DNA of 63,761 bases, counting the filler, from Choristocarpus tenellus KU-1152 (Eukaryota; Protista; Phaeophyceae): assembly GCA_964200185.2 (NCBI GenBank). It is 10 parts of 10 records of this genome, joined end to end, with 100 filler letters (N's around TTAATTAATTAA, not from the genome) between each part and the next. Parts side by side here need not be neighbours in the genome. Positions count along the whole stretch, not along the records: positions 37,442 to 41,871 come from CAXNAD020014588.1; positions 41,972 to 44,839 come from CAXNAD020024075.1; positions 44,940 to 51,067 come from CAXNAD020008874.1; 7 more parts are not named here. One strand, 5' to 3'. Below the pieces are notes generated by a model. The model had not been told where the DNA came from. It made no database searches and saw nothing but the letters and a program-made list of their open reading frames with translations. A program made the position numbers and the translations under genes. Below, in pieces: positions 37,504 through 51,167 of the stretch. How positions within the stretch are numbered: position 1 is the first letter of the stretch; every line of letters begins with the position of its first letter.

Positions 37504-37860
37504 CAATTTATGATCACTTTAACCACAGTAAACATGGGGGCGTTATTGTGATACGATTCTTTGATCTGATGTCGATCTTGATTGATCGGTGCTTTAGGGT
37601 TCAGGAATATTTGCAGGGTAGGAAATTGCATCCTATTGATTGAAATAGGACAAACCTTTTTCTTTTTTTTCTACATTATATGTACCTTTACTGTTACACG
37701 ATTACATGTGTGTTGTGTGTTTGTGCTCTTTCTTTTCATATTTTTTTTCTTTTTACTACTGTACCATTGATTTTGGCACATGTGGAATGAAGAGTGGTCT
37801 CTGCAGATTAGGATGAAGTGACCATTAGTGAAGACCCCTATTGTAATTTTCCTCTCTCAG

Positions 37861-39618
37861 GGTTATTGTTGATGCTGACAAAGCCTTTACTCCTCACCAC
37901 GGAAGAAGACCTTCTCCTCAGTGGGGAACGCCTTTCCCATGGAAAATGTGCCGGAGGCAAGATCTAACTTGTGCATCTCTGTGTTTGTGCTATTGTCTCT
38001 TTGTGTGTCTCCTTTTCTATGGGCTTGTTCGCCCTCGCTATGTTGGCATGACTCCTTGGACATGGCGACCTTGCGGGGGGGGTTGTTTGGAAAACTCCAC
38101 AACCAATTATACCTAAGATCATGGTGGACAACCCTGATATTTTGAACCGCCTCTTCTTGAACTTGTATTTGGAGGCACACCCAAGCAGCGATGATAGTAT
38201 CAATGGAGCAAAGAGGACAATAGTAACAGAGGCTTTCCGTGTCCACCCGGGAGTAGGTGGGTGTTGATAGTTTGACTGCATTTACTCTTGTAGATGGATG
38301 CATGAGCTTTAATCTCACTGTGTCGTTTAGGGTGAACTTTGTCTGAGCCAATCCGTGATGTCTGTGGCGAGAGCCTACATGTACAGGGGAGTGAGTTCCG
38401 CGAATGTGAGGAGGTACGTGTGTGGTTGCAGTGATGGAAGGGTTTGAGGATACAAATAAAGGACACTGTATATATATACTTGTGGCATTATTATTATACT
38501 GTTTTGCCGGTGAAGTGGTTGATGAAGTATACATGACAATACCCTAAAACACGTTTTTTATTTTAGCACAATTATTGTCCTACCTTTAGTCCTTTGCAGA
38601 CGTTCTATTTCTGCGAGGAATTGAAAGTGCATCGAGCTTTACGAAGGTAAGGCTGGTTGTTGGAGTAGTGTGCTCTATTGATGGATAGCTTGCTTTTGAG
38701 CATCTGCTTTCTATAAAGTCAACCTTCCCTTACGTCCTTGCTCTGTCTGTGCCATAGATGTGCTGTACAATTGTCTGTTGTTGGCAACCCACAAATACAT
38801 GTAGTGAACCATATGTAATGTTCTTGAGGTGAGCATTTTGAAGTCAGACACACGCAGTTGGAAAGTTCCAATTTGTCATGGCAGGTTGTGATTGAATACT
38901 GTATTCTTGAACTCCGAGTGAAAGTATCTTAGGGTTAGGGTTAGGGTTCTAGTTTTGCCCTGTTTGTCCGTTTGGGGCTTAGCCTCCCACGGGGTTTTTT
39001 GTGACATTTTCCTACTCTGAAATGTTTAGGGTTAGGGTAAAATGTTTCACTAAGAAAAAGTGTGTCCGGAACAAGCATATTGACACTTCCTAACAAACAC
39101 GATAGCCAAAATTACATCGAAATCGCAACATTGGATTTTGGGCCCCAAACGGATGCAGCTATACCCTCTAAGATACTTTGACTCTCCCAACTAAGCCCAC
39201 CTATATGCAACCTCCTGATCTTTTGTCTCCTGTGCCCCTACTTTGCCAACCTTGTATTCTTAATCCTGTGTAGCGTGAGGTGTAAGTACAGGTTAAAAGC
39301 ATCCAAGTTTCGAAACGCTGTCCAGGAGATGAAATTAGTAGCTTGCAGTCCAAGCTTCCCCAATCGGTGCTCCTCACAACTGTTCAATGGGTTATGTCTG
39401 CCGTATTGCCTCAGCCTGTACCTACATGGTCTCCTCTCGATCCGATCTACTCCGTGTGTAGGCCCTTAAATGGCTCTGTACATAGACTTATCTCGACCCT
39501 GTATTGCTATTTTTATCCAGTTGTGTTCTTTGTGTGGGTGCCCATGAATGTCCTTTTGCAAAGTGTGTAGGCCAAGGCATGTATGCTGTGAATGATGATA
39601 CAAAGGAAGTGTAGTTAG
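37861..39618 (+). CDS. Probable exons of an unidentified gene (e.g. ~38118-38252 IMVDNPDILNRLFLNLYLEAHP..., ~38600-38646)
   Basis: Short open blocks bounded by AG/GT; phases could not all be reconciled; no motif recognised. Confidence 0.3.
38916..39184. mobile_element. MITE family B (reverse), TSD TCC, with two internal TTAGGG patches
   Basis: tcc|gagtgaaagtatc ... gatactttgactc|tcc; (TTAGGG)3 at 38929-38946 and (TTAGGG)2 at 39026-39037. Confidence 0.92.
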
Positions 39619-40150
39619 GTGAGTATGCTGGTCCCTGTCCATCTGCCCGCTTTGTGGAGTTAGCTTTTTGCCTTCATTTCGGAAAGTAGGAACAATACAA
39701 TGACTGCCTTACAACCCCGTAAACGGTAACCCCATACAGATCAGTGGTTGGAGCTTGCATGATGCTTTTTACCAACACCAATTAGTCATTGGTGTCATCG
39801 TATCTATAGTTGTATCTTGGTTGTGATAGGTCCTGCAACATTGTGTGTAGATTTAGACTGCCATTTGTGTGAGTACGGAAGAGAGGAGAGACGGGAATGG
39901 GACCTCACACGATTACCCTTTGCTGAATGTGGTCGCATGATTGAAAAGTGAAGAGTGATATTATTATACCTGGTGGGGCTTGGTTTAGCATCTGTTGCTT
40001 CTAGAAGGAATCACTAAGAATTACACTTACAACTTTTCTAGAAAACTCTCAAGATTTCGAAAAAGAGTCTCGAACACATGGACTTCAAAACCCGGAATTG
40101 ATTATCTATAAATATCCCACAATCCCGAATGCTTTCGGTTACGTATTTCT

Positions 40151-40300
40151 GAGCCAAAGTATCTGGGGGGGGTAGCGGCTCTCCATTTGGGACCAATTTT
40201 CATGTCGCAGTTTTGGGGTGATTTGGTTGCATACGCCAGATGGATAATGTAAGTGCACATTTCCTGTTTACGACCCAAATGGACACCATGGTGTGTGTAG

Positions 40301-40336
<36 letters not shown>

Positions 40337-40397
40337 ATCCGCCTCATCTCCTCCCCNNNNNNNNNNCCCCCCCTCCCCTCTACAGGTACTTTGGGTC
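40151..40397. mobile_element. MITE family A, TSD TCT, expanded poly-C with small gap
   Basis: tct|gagccaaagtatctg ... tactttgggtc|tct. Confidence 0.88.
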
Positions 40398-41837
40398 TCT
40401 GTAATTCACATCATATTCTGCACACATTGCTTCCCCTGTTCCAATCGAAGATTTCTGACCTTCAGTAAGACATTACTTACTCTCTGTTGATCACATTTGA
40501 TGTCTTTTGAGTATCTTGTATGGTGGGATGGTCCTAGTTCGTTTTTTTGTACTATTTGACGCAGCCACAAATGGATGCCATCAGTATAGTTGTTTGTTAG
40601 TGTAGTGCCCAGGAATCTTTGTAAGCTGCAATTGTTTCAAATTGTTGCTCGACTTTGACTTGAGTTCAACCAAATCATATTCCCCTACCTGTACCTTAGA
40701 CCTTTTGGGGGGCATTCTGCCACGCTATAGTCCTATTCCTGTGTATCACTACTTCGACAAAAAAATATATCTATGCATGGCTGGGTTGATGACACCATGG
40801 CTTACTTCAAACTTGCTTGAGCTTGCTCTTGCACATGAGGTGAAGGTCTAGTATCCTGCCTAGTAATGTATCGACTGTTTTGGTTTCTTTCTCTGAAAGG
40901 GAGGGAAAGGAAAATCAAAATCGACTTCTTTCTACCATTTTGCAACCGGTGTTTGCTTTTGTGAATGCACCACTTCTTTGCCCTCATTTCACTGTCCAAG
41001 GAAATAGTTGTGTAAGGTGCGTAGTGTTGTCTGCACCAATCGATTCCCAGCACCCCTCAATATATATGGGGATCGTTTGTATACCCCAACACAACGAGTC
41101 CCACAAATTCGTTTGTGCAATTTTCTTCCGTAGAGAATTCTCCTGGAAATTTCTGTTATTGTCACTACCTTCCTGTGTTTTTGCTATATCTCTGGTACGC
41201 ATAGAAACTCTGATAGTAGAATATTCCATGTATGTACTATCAACACGAACTATAACCAGCACTCTTGACCCCAGTACTTGACCACCTGTTCTGCTATTCG
41301 TTTCTTGCATCTTATTTGCAATCAGTGCTATGCAAATGCTAATTTCTCACATGTGGACACCATTCCTCCCCCAGTCCAAAACCTCTAGAGCTTGAAAGCA
41401 CTTTTGCTGTTCATTTCTGGTGGGTGTGTGGTGCTCCTTATTCGATTTTGTGTTGAGTGTACTTCCACCATGTAGTCAGTACTGACACTGACAATTGTTT
41501 ATACTTCAGGTAAGGAAACCTCTGGAGAAGACATGAAATTATTTCTAGTCAAAAGCACAATTATGATAATACTTCGAACAATGTATTCATTTAGTCTATT
41601 TGATCAAAATCGCCAAGTTGTGTAGGGCTTTGTCAATCATCAAAGATCGCACCAATGGCTTGAGGCATTTAACTTATCGTTATCAAGTGCAATTTGATCT
41701 TGGCATAATAAGGTTGACTCTTTCTTGGTGACCGAATGAAGATGACTGATATTTGTGGAAGGTTAAGGGTGAACAGATTATTGAATGGTTGACCTATATT
41801 GAATAAAAAAAGGTCGTGGCCCGAATATTCTCCATTT

Positions 41838-41871
41838 GGGTCAAAGTATCTGGGGGGGGGGTGTCGGCGTC
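41838..41871. mobile_element. Family-A terminus at contig end
   Basis: gggtcaaagtatctggggggggggtgtcggcgtc. Confidence 0.78.
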
Positions 41872-44022
41872 NNNNNNNNNNNNNNNNNNNNNNNNNNNNN
41901 NNNNNNNNNNNNNNNTTAATTAATTAANNNNNNNNNNNNNNNNNNNNNNNNNNNNNNNNNNNNNNNNNNNNCAGAGCCAATGCGGTTAGGATGGTTGCGG
42001 GTGGGACATGCAGGGGGGAAAAGCATTGGGGGGGGGGGGGAGGCGTTTGGGGTAGGAAGTGTATTGAAGTACTGTAATACCAATTGATTGGCACAAGCAG
42101 ACGTGTGAATTGATATGATGTGGTGCATCACAGTAGTAACAATTATCTATAGTTACAATAATCACAGTATTTTTAACAATATTTCCGTGGCAGTTGTTGC
42201 TTCTTTCCCAACACTTTGTATTGCCAGGTGCTTAGAGGTATGTTACTCTGGAAGCATTTCTATCAACTAGATGGGGGAGGCAAAATATGTTTTGAAGGGT
42301 GATTTAAAGTGTTGTTTGCTGTTTTGAAGTACCTTTTCAACTTTTTTTTCAAGGTGTATTCCATGTCTTCAGACCCTTGTTTAGGTGTGCGCAGTATTTG
42401 GTATATACATACTACACAAATTGGAATATTTTGCCTTGTCCACCTCATCTTTGAGCTTGCAGGCGGTGATGGTGGAGGTGTGAGCTGGGGGCCTGGGACA
42501 CTAGCTCCCCTGGTAAATCTGTTTCACACACATCTTCCAACATTGCCCAGTGGGACTTGTTCAGTTTGTTGCTTTATCTAATGCAAAACATTTGAGCCTA
42601 GGTGCTGTATATATTAATAAATCAATTAGAAGTCCTTTTCTTTTTTATCTATCATGATCCATCTTGAAATTCATCCTCCAGGGCACTGTTTATTAAGCCC
42701 TCTGAATCTGTGGGTTCTCATGGTGAATGTGCAGCAGTTATGGATATGTATTCTATTAAAATTGTATCTGTATTGTACTCTGCTGGTTGAGGCTTTCCTG
42801 GACAAAGTCTAAGAATGAAGTGGCTTCGATGATCTTAGTGTGACCAGCCAGAAGACATTGGGTGGGGTTCTTATAGAGTTGCTGCTCTTATGGTTGGAGA
42901 CTTGTCTCGGCCATTGCCGTTTGTGTTTGGTGTGAGTAGCTTTTTGTAACTGTTGGTTATAGGTGCGCTTCAAAGTAGGTACTGCAGTCACCATCGTATT
43001 TTTGTTGGTAAATGTTTGAAATGCAGATGGGTATATATATATATATATATATGTATGTATTTATGTGTGACTGTGCAAATACAAACACATTTGTGGTGGT
43101 AATTGCATGAAATGTTGATGGGTATATGGATATGAGTAACGAAAATGTATGTGCAGTTGCGATCGTATTTGTGTTGGTAAATGAGTGAAATGTTGATGGG
43201 TATATAGGTATCTCTTTATGTATATGACTGTATGAGCAGTTTCGAACACGTTTGTGTTAGTGTGAGAAATGTAGATGGGGAATAGGGGAAAATAAATTGT
43301 AATAAAAAATGTAACAAATGAAACTGTATCCCTAACCCTAACCTTCCCTCTAACTTTACTATTGTGTGTGCATCTATGGGAAAGGTTGCGTGATGTATTT
43401 ATTCTACACAAATGACCAATGTTTGTACCATTTGTTGTACATCAGATATAGACGGTTACATGTGTATATACATGTATATATAGATCTGGAGGATTAATTA
43501 TTCCAGCAGCAGCAATACACAGAACAGGACAGCGTAACCTAGCCTTCCCTATCCTCTCCCCCCATACTTCAGACCCCAGTCCCCCACCCCACCTCTTGAA
43601 CCACATGTGTTTTATGAGTTAGTCACATCAAGAATATGTTGGAGGGGGGAATTGGGTGGAAAGGTTATCATTGAATACTTACAATTTAGAAGTAGTACAG
43701 TTGTGTTATATTTTTAATTATTCTACACCACCACCAACTACAATAAAATAATAATAATAATTCTAGGTGAGTGCATTTTTATTGTTCATCCCGTACAAAG
43801 ACCCTCTTCTTTGATACATACTCCCTCACTCAACTGGAGTATTTTTTCCTAGTCTATCCCTACCTGTATCCTCCATTGTATGGTTGTTGTTTATGCATAT
43901 CTGTATTATGTGTTCTCTTTCTTGATTGAATTTTAGTCTAACCCTGACCCTATTGATATCTCACCTATTTAAATTTCAACATGCTTCTATGTATGTATGT
44001 TTATGTGTATGTTTTTGTCAAG

Positions 44023-44201
44023 GGGCAACTGCAAAGCGTCTAAACCTGCCGTCAGAGGACGATTTCTGGAGCAGGGGAGTCTCTGCCTGTGCGATCTGTG
44101 ATGGTGCAGCTCCTATCTTCCGAGATGTAGAACTGGGGGTAGTTGGGGGAGGAGACTCTGCTGTGGAGGAGGCGTTGTATCTGACCAAGTACTCTCCCAA
44201 G
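44023..44201 (+). CDS. Internal exon of a low-molecular-weight NADPH thioredoxin reductase (NTRC-like)
   Basis: [33 protein letters not shown]...[18 protein letters not shown]; AG/GT bounded. Confidence 0.92.
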
Positions 44202-45120
44202 GTGACCTGTTGCTTGCTGTCGATATGTTTCTGTGTATGTATGTGTATGTATGTGTGTTTATGTATTATTTTGTACAGTAGTAGTGATTGTTAGGGTTAG
44301 GGTGTGTGGTGGGGAAAGGTTACATGTTGTTTGTCAAATCAAGGTACTATTGTAACTCTGATGGATGGACACTAGGTTGACATGATGTGATTTTTGCCAA
44401 ATGGAGGTACTTGTACTATCTGTACCCTTTAGCAGGAAGTTTTTTTAATGTTTGTATTCTCTTATCCTCATTAATAGAAAGGGAAGAAGGGAGAATTACT
44501 TGATTGAGTCATTCTATTGGCTACTTTTATGATAACGGTGTTAAAACTATTCTGAGAACAAAAACAGGTGTAGTTGGAGTTTTAAACTGCATCGCTTCCA
44601 TTTTTGTAGATGCGTTCATTCTGTTCTAACTGTGTTATTTCTGATAAATGAAGTTGGACTATGTTGTGAATATTCTGCTGTGAACAATATATATTGTTCT
44701 GTATTGTTGAATGAATAACATTGCCTGTTATTTTGAACTCTGATGTAGGGAGATGTTGAGGTACTGTATTGATGTGGAAGCAGTAAGAGAAAGGGGGAGT
44801 GAGGTGGTAGTGGGAGGGTAGGGTTTTGGGGGGGGGAGGNNNNNNNNNNNNNNNNNNNNNNNNNNNNNNNNNNNNNNNNNNNNTTAATTAATTAANNNNN
44901 NNNNNNNNNNNNNNNNNNNNNNNNNNNNNNNNNNNNNNNGGGATGAAAGGAGCACAGTTGCGAAGTCAGGCACACCTAGAGGAGGTGCTTCCAGTACACC
45001 TCCAAAGGGGTTTACAGCTCACACATAATGGTCATCAGTATCATTATCAGTATCATTATCATTATCAATATCACTAATACAATCATCATTATCAGTATCA
45101 ATATCGGTGATTGTCCTTAC

Positions 45121-48100
45121 TGGTCGGAGGGTGTTGATGATCTCCACGTGGGGAAGCTTAACTCTAGCAGCATCTCCTGGCTCATCCTCCATATCGAATC
45201 TAAAGTTCTGACCGTTGACCAACGTCACCTGTTCCAAATTCCAAAACAACCAATCAGAATGCACCAATCATTTCGAACAACCAATCAGAACGTGACGATC
45301 CTTTCAAACAGCACCATAACATCAACAATCTTGAGTACCTTGTGAATCTTGACACGCAGGTACAGCACCAAAACATATCATTATATAGTACCATACTTGA
45401 GATTGGGTTAGGGATAGGGGTAATATTGACTGTATTATACCATCATAGTAGCAGTTTGAGATTGGGTTAGGGTCTACAGCTATGCCTAGAGGTAGAGCTG
45501 TATTGGATGGGTACAACCTGTACAAGTAGTAGGATATAAAAGTAACTAAGATTTTGTGTGCCACCTCCATACATCATACATAACGCCTGCCTGGAGAGAT
45601 CAGAACCTGACACTCACACTACAGAGTACAACCTCCCTCCCCCCCAAAAACCGTTGGTGTCCTCACAATTGCTCTCATGCAAGACAAAAAAAAAACTTTT
45701 AGGGTTAGGGTTTCATGCCAGAACTCTTCGGGGAAGACAATCATGGCCACATTTAATCACATTTCCAATTTATTCAAAGCACAAGAAGGACACAACTCCA
45801 GAAGGTAACCCTAACCCTAAAAAGGTTTAGGGCACATAATGTACAACACGCGCTGAGATCAGATCAACAGATTAACAGATCGATTCTCTTTGCCAACATG
45901 CAACAAAGAAACCAGATGTGACGAAAAAAGGTATACCACAAATACACACATACACACACAGACATCGCTGAGAGTACACATAGATTAAAATTCAATTGTT
46001 GATGTGGTGAATTCAATCGTTGGTCCCTTTCAAAGCGGTTGGTTACACTGTTCCGACGGCTCTTACCACTTGGAACATTTGCTTCCCTGATCGAGAACTC
46101 CGAAAACTGGCTTCGACACATGAACCAATCGTATGGCATCAAAGAAGGCAACGGCAACACCTCACTAATCAAAGCCTCACAACACAATACATTACACTAC
46201 AGTACTAAACTATACATCACAGAGTGCAGCAATCGCTCTACACTGCGGGAAAATCTGGGGATATTGATATTGATATTGATATTGATATTGGAAATTAATT
46301 ACATTGATATTGATATTGGAAATTAATTACATTGATATTGATATTGGAAATTAATTACATCTTTGGCATCTTTCACCATCCTTAATTGAAACAACCAATC
46401 GAAATCGTCACAAGAGAATCTACTACCAACATGAGAGGAAACCCTGCCCACCAGATGGACGGTAAAGAATATTTGATTCAAATTGTGATCTCCCACCGAG
46501 ACCACCGTGTCCACACCCTTCAAAGGGCAACACTACTTGTATCTCATTCTCATCACAATGGCGTACACTACATACTTTACTACTTTCATGCAGGGATAGG
46601 GTTAGGGTTAGGGTTACTTCATTTGTTAATACATATGTATAGATGTCCACATCAACACGAAGGGATCAAGTTGATAGGTTATACCTGCACTTATTCTTAC
46701 ACCATAGGTGCATTTAAAGGATGTTGCAACCCCCCCCCAAAAAACCATTGGTTGCCTTTGCAATCCCCTCAGCAAAGCTCCTCACACACACACACACACA
46801 CACACACATTTCGACAAAAATCAGCGGTGTCCCCACCCCTAACCCTAAACCCCTTACCCGCACAACAAATATCGTAAATAAGGTATATACCTGATCATGT
46901 TCAAACACACCGACCCGTAGCTTGGGTCCTTGCAAATCCGCTAGCACACAGATAGGGTGTTTGTACTTCGCCTCAATCTCACGGATGACCTTTACAAGCT
47001 ACAGTTACAAAAGCAGTTACAAAAAATAAGACAGAAAGGGGGGGGGGGGGGGGGAGAAAAAAAAAAAAAAAAAAAGGGGGGTTAAAAAAAAAGGTTTTTA
47101 AAAAAATTTAAAAAAAAAAGTATTTATTTCATGGTAATAAAAAAAGAAACTATTTCTACGAAAACAAGGTAGGATTTGTAGTACTTGTGCTAAAAATATC
47201 ACATGAAACAAAAAATCTTCACTTTTAGCACAACTCTATACCATACCATAGCAACTCAAGAATCAAGGATAGAATACTTGTTGGTAACTTGTTGACAAAG
47301 AGCTTGGATTGCAAAAGGGTTGAGAGTTGCCTGCATTAGTGCACCAAAGTCCCTGCTGTAAGCACTCTAAAAAGTATTACTCCCACTCAGATCTATCACC
47401 TCATTAACAACACATTCAACTTCCATCACGAGTCGTTTATACTGTGTCAGTGAACAGGGTCTCTAACCTCAACCCTAACACCACCAGCGCATTGAGTGAT
47501 GGACATACAATAGTTAAGCATGGTGCATGCAAGATGTTTGATTTTAGGTTGATGGTGTGGAAATGCAGAAGTTTTAGTCCAAAACTAGTTACAAATAATA
47601 ATTTAAACATACAACAAACAGAAGAAATAGTTAAAAGCAGCAAGAACTTTAAAAAAAAATGTAGTCATAAAGACCAGCTTCAGAAAAACAAAAGCCGGGC
47701 GGACACCCTGTTCCCACAGAACAGAACCATTACTATTACAAGAGAACAGAACCAAGCCATTATCGCAGTCAGGGGTTTGCAACAGATTAACCTCATTGGT
47801 TTGTGTAGAGGATGGAGGCGAGTACTGGTTGACACTACCAGCAGTGCGTCATGAGAACAACAAACCATCACAAGAAACCTGTACTAGTATTTATTAGTAT
47901 TGAGTAGTACTGAAAAAGGTTTTATACAAGAAGATAAGGAGAGGCGTAAAGCTAACTCCACCTTGTACTTTTTTCTGATCAGGACACAAGATGGCCTAAG
48001 TCAAACGCACACAACATGATTCGGGCAAAACGATTCTGCAAAATAAACTTGGAACAGCATAAAGAAGGATAATGAGGCTACTGCTTGGGACAGGCACTGC

Positions 48101-50076
48101 CTTTTCAAGAACACAAAGCAATAGTAGGTCGACTTTCATCAAAAGCCATACCATTTTTCATTGAAACAAACACATACACACACACACATATTTTTTACTG
48201 CACTTCTACTTTATAGTATTAACAGTTACATCTCACCAAACTGTAACAGTAGATGTTAGGATCAACTTTTGAAAAAAAAATAACCTAGAGTGTATCAGTT
48301 GAGCTTTTTTTTTCTTGTCATAATGGATGCCAACCAATATTCGTCCCAAGAAAAAATAACATTACAGCAAAATTATTAAAGGGGTGGGACATACATCAAT
48401 ACACAAGTGTCTTACCAAGTAGAACTACGAGGGAAAGGGAAGGCAGGGAGGGGGGAGGGGGACAATAAAAGGCATTGTTGAATCAGAGATATCAACATGC
48501 AAAGTACCAAATACACCTTTCTAGCTTGTCCAAGCCAAATTCGATGCAGCCACAATTTCTTCGAGACCAACTCAATAACTTGATGTATGAACACTGGTGG
48601 GAACGATTAATACTACCACAAAACCATTTTAAAAAGCAGGTAAGCTGCACTTCAAATCTGGCAATTCTCATGTCTTCCAGTTTTGTTTAGCACATTGAGC
48701 ACAGTACGATTTAAAAATGTGATAGTGCAGATATCTTTGGTGTCCGTAGCCATCACCAAACCAGCACAGTGAAAAAAAATATACAAAGGGATAACACAAT
48801 TACGACTTCCTGACCCTTGCAGACATCTTATCTCAATTTCCAACTTCTCTTTATATTCCTGCAGCGGATTCCTCAAGTACATCTCTAAAATAAACAAAAC
48901 AATGGTATAGTATAGTGTACTGTAAGATATTGCAATGATAACAATTGTCGAGAGAGTACGTCCTCTTTACCTCAGCTTTCTCCTCATGTGCCCCATGGGA
49001 GAAGTTGAGTCGGAACACGTCAACACCGGCAAGGAAGAGAGCCTCGATCTGCTCCAATGTACATGATGCTGGCCCTAGCGTGGCAACCTATGCAACAAAA
49101 AAGGGGAAAGAAAGGGAAGGGGAGGGCTGTAGGTTCAGTAACGGAAGTTGTGACAGGCGGTGATTTTGTGGATCATGGTCGACTAGCACAAAAAACTGCA
49201 ACCCTTGATAAGCAATGCAATAAGTGCGAGGCAGGGGGTGACGACTACTAATTCTTCCTATCAATTCCACAAATGCACAACTCTTGTGGGTGAAATTCCA
49301 AAGGAAATACGATGCGATTCCTGTCACACAAAAATGAATCACCTGTTTGGTGTTCTTCTTCCACCGGGACTTGTTGCCCGGGTACGCGAATTGCCCGAAG
49401 TAGTCCACCTCCTCTTCCCCCCCAGTAGCCACAATGGTAGGGTCCAAGGTCGTGGTGCTGAATAACTTGACCCCACGAGCCGCAGACGGTCCTTGCGAAA
49501 ATGCTATTTTACATGGACAGATGTTGTGCCACGTGTCAATTGGAGAAAGAAAAGTGGCATGACGAGGGAAAACGAGGCAAACCTGGTGGAAGCCAGCATG
49601 ATTGCTCAAATTGACACCTTGACAACTATATATACGGTTATTCAGCAGGGAAAATAATGGGAAATTGATGGTAATGTACACTTGCACGAACGAGCGGCTG
49701 CGCAAAGCCTCGACCTACACAGCATCAATGCCACTAACCACCTAACCCACAACCCTGCGCGACGCATTCCAGGAAAATCCACTTTAAAATACTCATATTC
49801 ATCCATTCAGCACTCAGATTGGAATTATTCTCGTGGGAGAGGTAGAATGCCCACTCTCAGGTTGTGTGAGGCTCCAAGATGCCTGAATGGTTGAACACAA
49901 GCACTTCCGCGTACCAACCCCGTTGCTAGATTATCAAGGATTCACTCACCATGCGCAGCTGCAAACGACCTTCCAGTGTGATATCCCGCTGTCATAGGCA
50001 CAGGGTTGACAACAAAGCCCTTGACCAGAGGCATGACAACCGCCATCAGGGACACCGATCTCGAGAACCCAGACAT
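45121..50076 (-). CDS. Pyruvate kinase, probably plastid-targeted, 3'-truncated. Exons 50076-49950, 49491-49343, 49087-48971, 46998-46891, 45228-45121
   Basis: TKQ|VATLGPAS, GVDVFRLNFSHG, LADLQGPKLRVG; consistent phases; N-terminus MSGFSRSVSLMAVVMPLVKG-FVV resembles signal peptide + Phe-initiated transit peptide. Confidence 0.93.
46260..46360. repeat. (ATATTG)n / 29-bp compound minisatellite in a PK intron
   Basis: attgatattgatattggaaattaattac repeated three times. Confidence 0.85.
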
Positions 50077-50835
50077 ATCTCCCGTTGGTGTCTGAAAGAC
50101 AGGCCACACCAAGACTACTCCGTGTCCTTGGTTGGAAATGTAGTCAGCACCCTGAGGGTGCTTGTAGTAGGAAGGAGATGCAGTTGGGAGGGATGTGAAC
50201 CGAAGATGCTCTAGGCTCTCGTTTAGGACACTTTTTAAGTCTTGGGGTTGGGAACAACCAACAAAAATAATTCGTTGGCGTGGTAGAGAAGATATAGTGA
50301 GAAAAATTGCTAACGGTACGTATATATTCCAACATGTTAAATACATATGTTGCACAGTTATCACCACTCCACCATACCGTCGGAGTTGATCAAATTGACT
50401 TTTGAGACTTTTGATTGGTTTTTTCCTTGACACAACTCTAAAATGTCACATCATCAAGATATATAAATAGTATATAATATCAAATCAAGGATTTTCCTTT
50501 GATTCCTTCTCTTAAGAATCTTTGGAGTCTGAATTAATTGGTTTGTAGAAGAGGTAGTTTGAGTTAAGGTTGAATGCATCAAGTTCAATCCTACAAATAA
50601 AAAAAATAACTGTACTATTAAAACAGTTTCCTCACCAAAATCAAATCCAACCAATATTATGGCTGGAGATGAATAGAGTTCGTATGGTGTGGACAAAACA
50701 CAGAAACCAAATCGAGAAAGGGAGTAGCCACAATAAACTCAGTTACATGTTGGAAAGATGGACAGGGAAAACCCAGACAAACACCCATCAGTACAGTAGT
50801 AGTAACTGTTGTTGTACGGATAATAGTTGGCGGAT

Positions 50836-51067
50836 GGATACAAGAGTCCTTTCACTGTGGACCGGAATCTCCGCATGGATCTAGTATTCCACGCCGGGGC
50901 ACTAGCAGACGCTGGAACAGCCTCCTACAGGGACAAAGGTCTTCTGCAGGACGTCACCTTCGCAGAGGTACAGGCAACCTCCCACCTCAATAATTTATCC
51001 ACCAGCAATGGTGTAGCTGCTGCTGCAGCTGAGGCGCGAAAGCGTACCCACTACGAGGGCTCCTTTG
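50836..51067 (+). mobile_element. Fragment of a CRE-like non-LTR retrotransposon C-terminal restriction-like endonuclease region
   Basis: PFTVDRNLRMDLV...LLQDVTFA...AAAAAEARKRTHY fits the RxD...DVT...K..HY RLE pattern. Confidence 0.65.
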
Positions 51068-51167
51068 NNNNNNNNNNNNNNNNNNNNNNNNNNNNNNNNN
51101 NNNNNNNNNNNTTAATTAATTAANNNNNNNNNNNNNNNNNNNNNNNNNNNNNNNNNNNNNNNNNNNN

